Shown here: positions 63,365 to 64,000 of the stretch, one piece after another
How the letters are laid out: each line of letters opens with the position of its first letter
Position numbering within the stretch: position 1 is the first letter of the stretch
Assembly: GCF_964204645.1 (NCBI RefSeq)
Contig: NC_134026.1
Span: 21,362,150 to 21,426,149 of the forward strand
Source: Tubulanus polymorphus
Lineage: Eukaryota > Animalia > Nemertea
Length of the DNA stretch: 64,000 bases
Reading direction: 5' to 3'
Translations under genes and position numbers: made by a program
Notes under the pieces: model-generated
Database searches by the model: none
The model's input: the letters and a program-made list of their open reading frames with translations, nothing else
Told to the model about the DNA's origin: nothing

Positions 63365-64000
63365 CTAGAGGGAGCTTTTTGGAACCTTGTCAAATCGATT
63401 CATGCATAAAGGTTTCATATCATGAGCCGGTTTTTCACCAGTGACTAGCTGCTTCAACAGTTTACCAACTACTGGTGCTAACTTGAACCCATGACCTGTC
63501 ATAAAAGATAAATTTAGGGATGAAATATGAAAAATATGAGCTTATCTAGTTAAATGCAAGATTCAATTCAGGGGTTCTCACCTGAAAAGCCAGCGCCTAT
63601 CACAATGTTTCTGTATTGTGGATGGTAGTCTAGGATAAAGCCTTCATCAGGAGTCATCTGGTTGAATGAAAAAATTGAAGTAGAACATAGTATAAAGTAG
63701 GCCTACTGGTGCATATAATCAGGAGGAAAAGTCAACTATCTGGACCCTATCCCATACTTGGCAGTTGAATTAGACCCATAAGTAAGTCAAGGTTCTGCCA
63801 GTACTTAGAAGCACACGTTTAAGTTAGACTCCATGAGCAAATAATTGGAAATGAACTTAATATTCTAACTTTAGTCTCAACCTTAGTTTATAACTGTGGA
63901 AGTGCCGGGTCCTGCATAAATACATCGGTAATAAATGAACATAGTACCATAGTAACTTACAGTATATATGCATGTTTCAACAACTGAAGGTACAGGCTCC
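63365..64000 (-). CDS. PIPOX: Peroxisomal sarcosine / L-pipecolate oxidase, tandem copy 2 (last three exons; continues past window end)
   Basis: Exons 63961->64000 ([13 protein letters not shown]), 63582-63657 ([25 protein letters not shown]) and 63365-63495 ([11 protein letters not shown]...DKVPKSSL*). The last two exons have the same sizes (76, 131 nt) as in copy 1, with unrelated introns. Confidence 0.9.

Noticed and set aside
1-64000. CRISPR arrays, rRNA, true tRNA, U12 introns, autonomous transposase or RT genes
   Set aside because: None seen; all modelled introns are ordinary GT-AG. Small structured ncRNAs cannot be excluded without a covariance-model search.

Overview
Intron-rich, AT-rich animal (invertebrate, probably non-model bilaterian) genomic DNA; species not identifiable from the sequence alone. 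I assembled seven spliced genes by hand, all with GT-AG introns in consistent phase: a 5'-partial FGF receptor (+), PDCD4 (-), an unusually long DNTTIP1-like gene (+), flotillin-2 (-), PPP4C (+) and two tandem PIPOX/sarcosine oxidase copies (-, the second 5'-partial). PDCD4/DNTTIP1 and FLOT2/PPP4C are head-to-head pairs. The convergent gaps FGFR/PDCD4 and DNTTIP1/FLOT2 are 10-12 kb of ORF-free sequence that looks like long 3' UTRs. Introns and UTRs carry many short non-autonomous DNA transposons (MITEs) with TAA/TTA, CWG, TA, 5-bp and 6-bp target duplications. I found no autonomous transposon, CRISPR array or confident RNA gene. The best candidates for novelty are the ~460-aa R-x-S-P-repeat N-terminal extension on DNTTIP1, the FLOT2-PPP4C-PIPOX linkage that may predate vertebrate genome duplication, a divergent FGFR ligand-binding linker, and two long palindromes (one in a promoter, one in a probable 3' UTR). 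All coordinates were counted by hand and comparisons to human genes are from memory.
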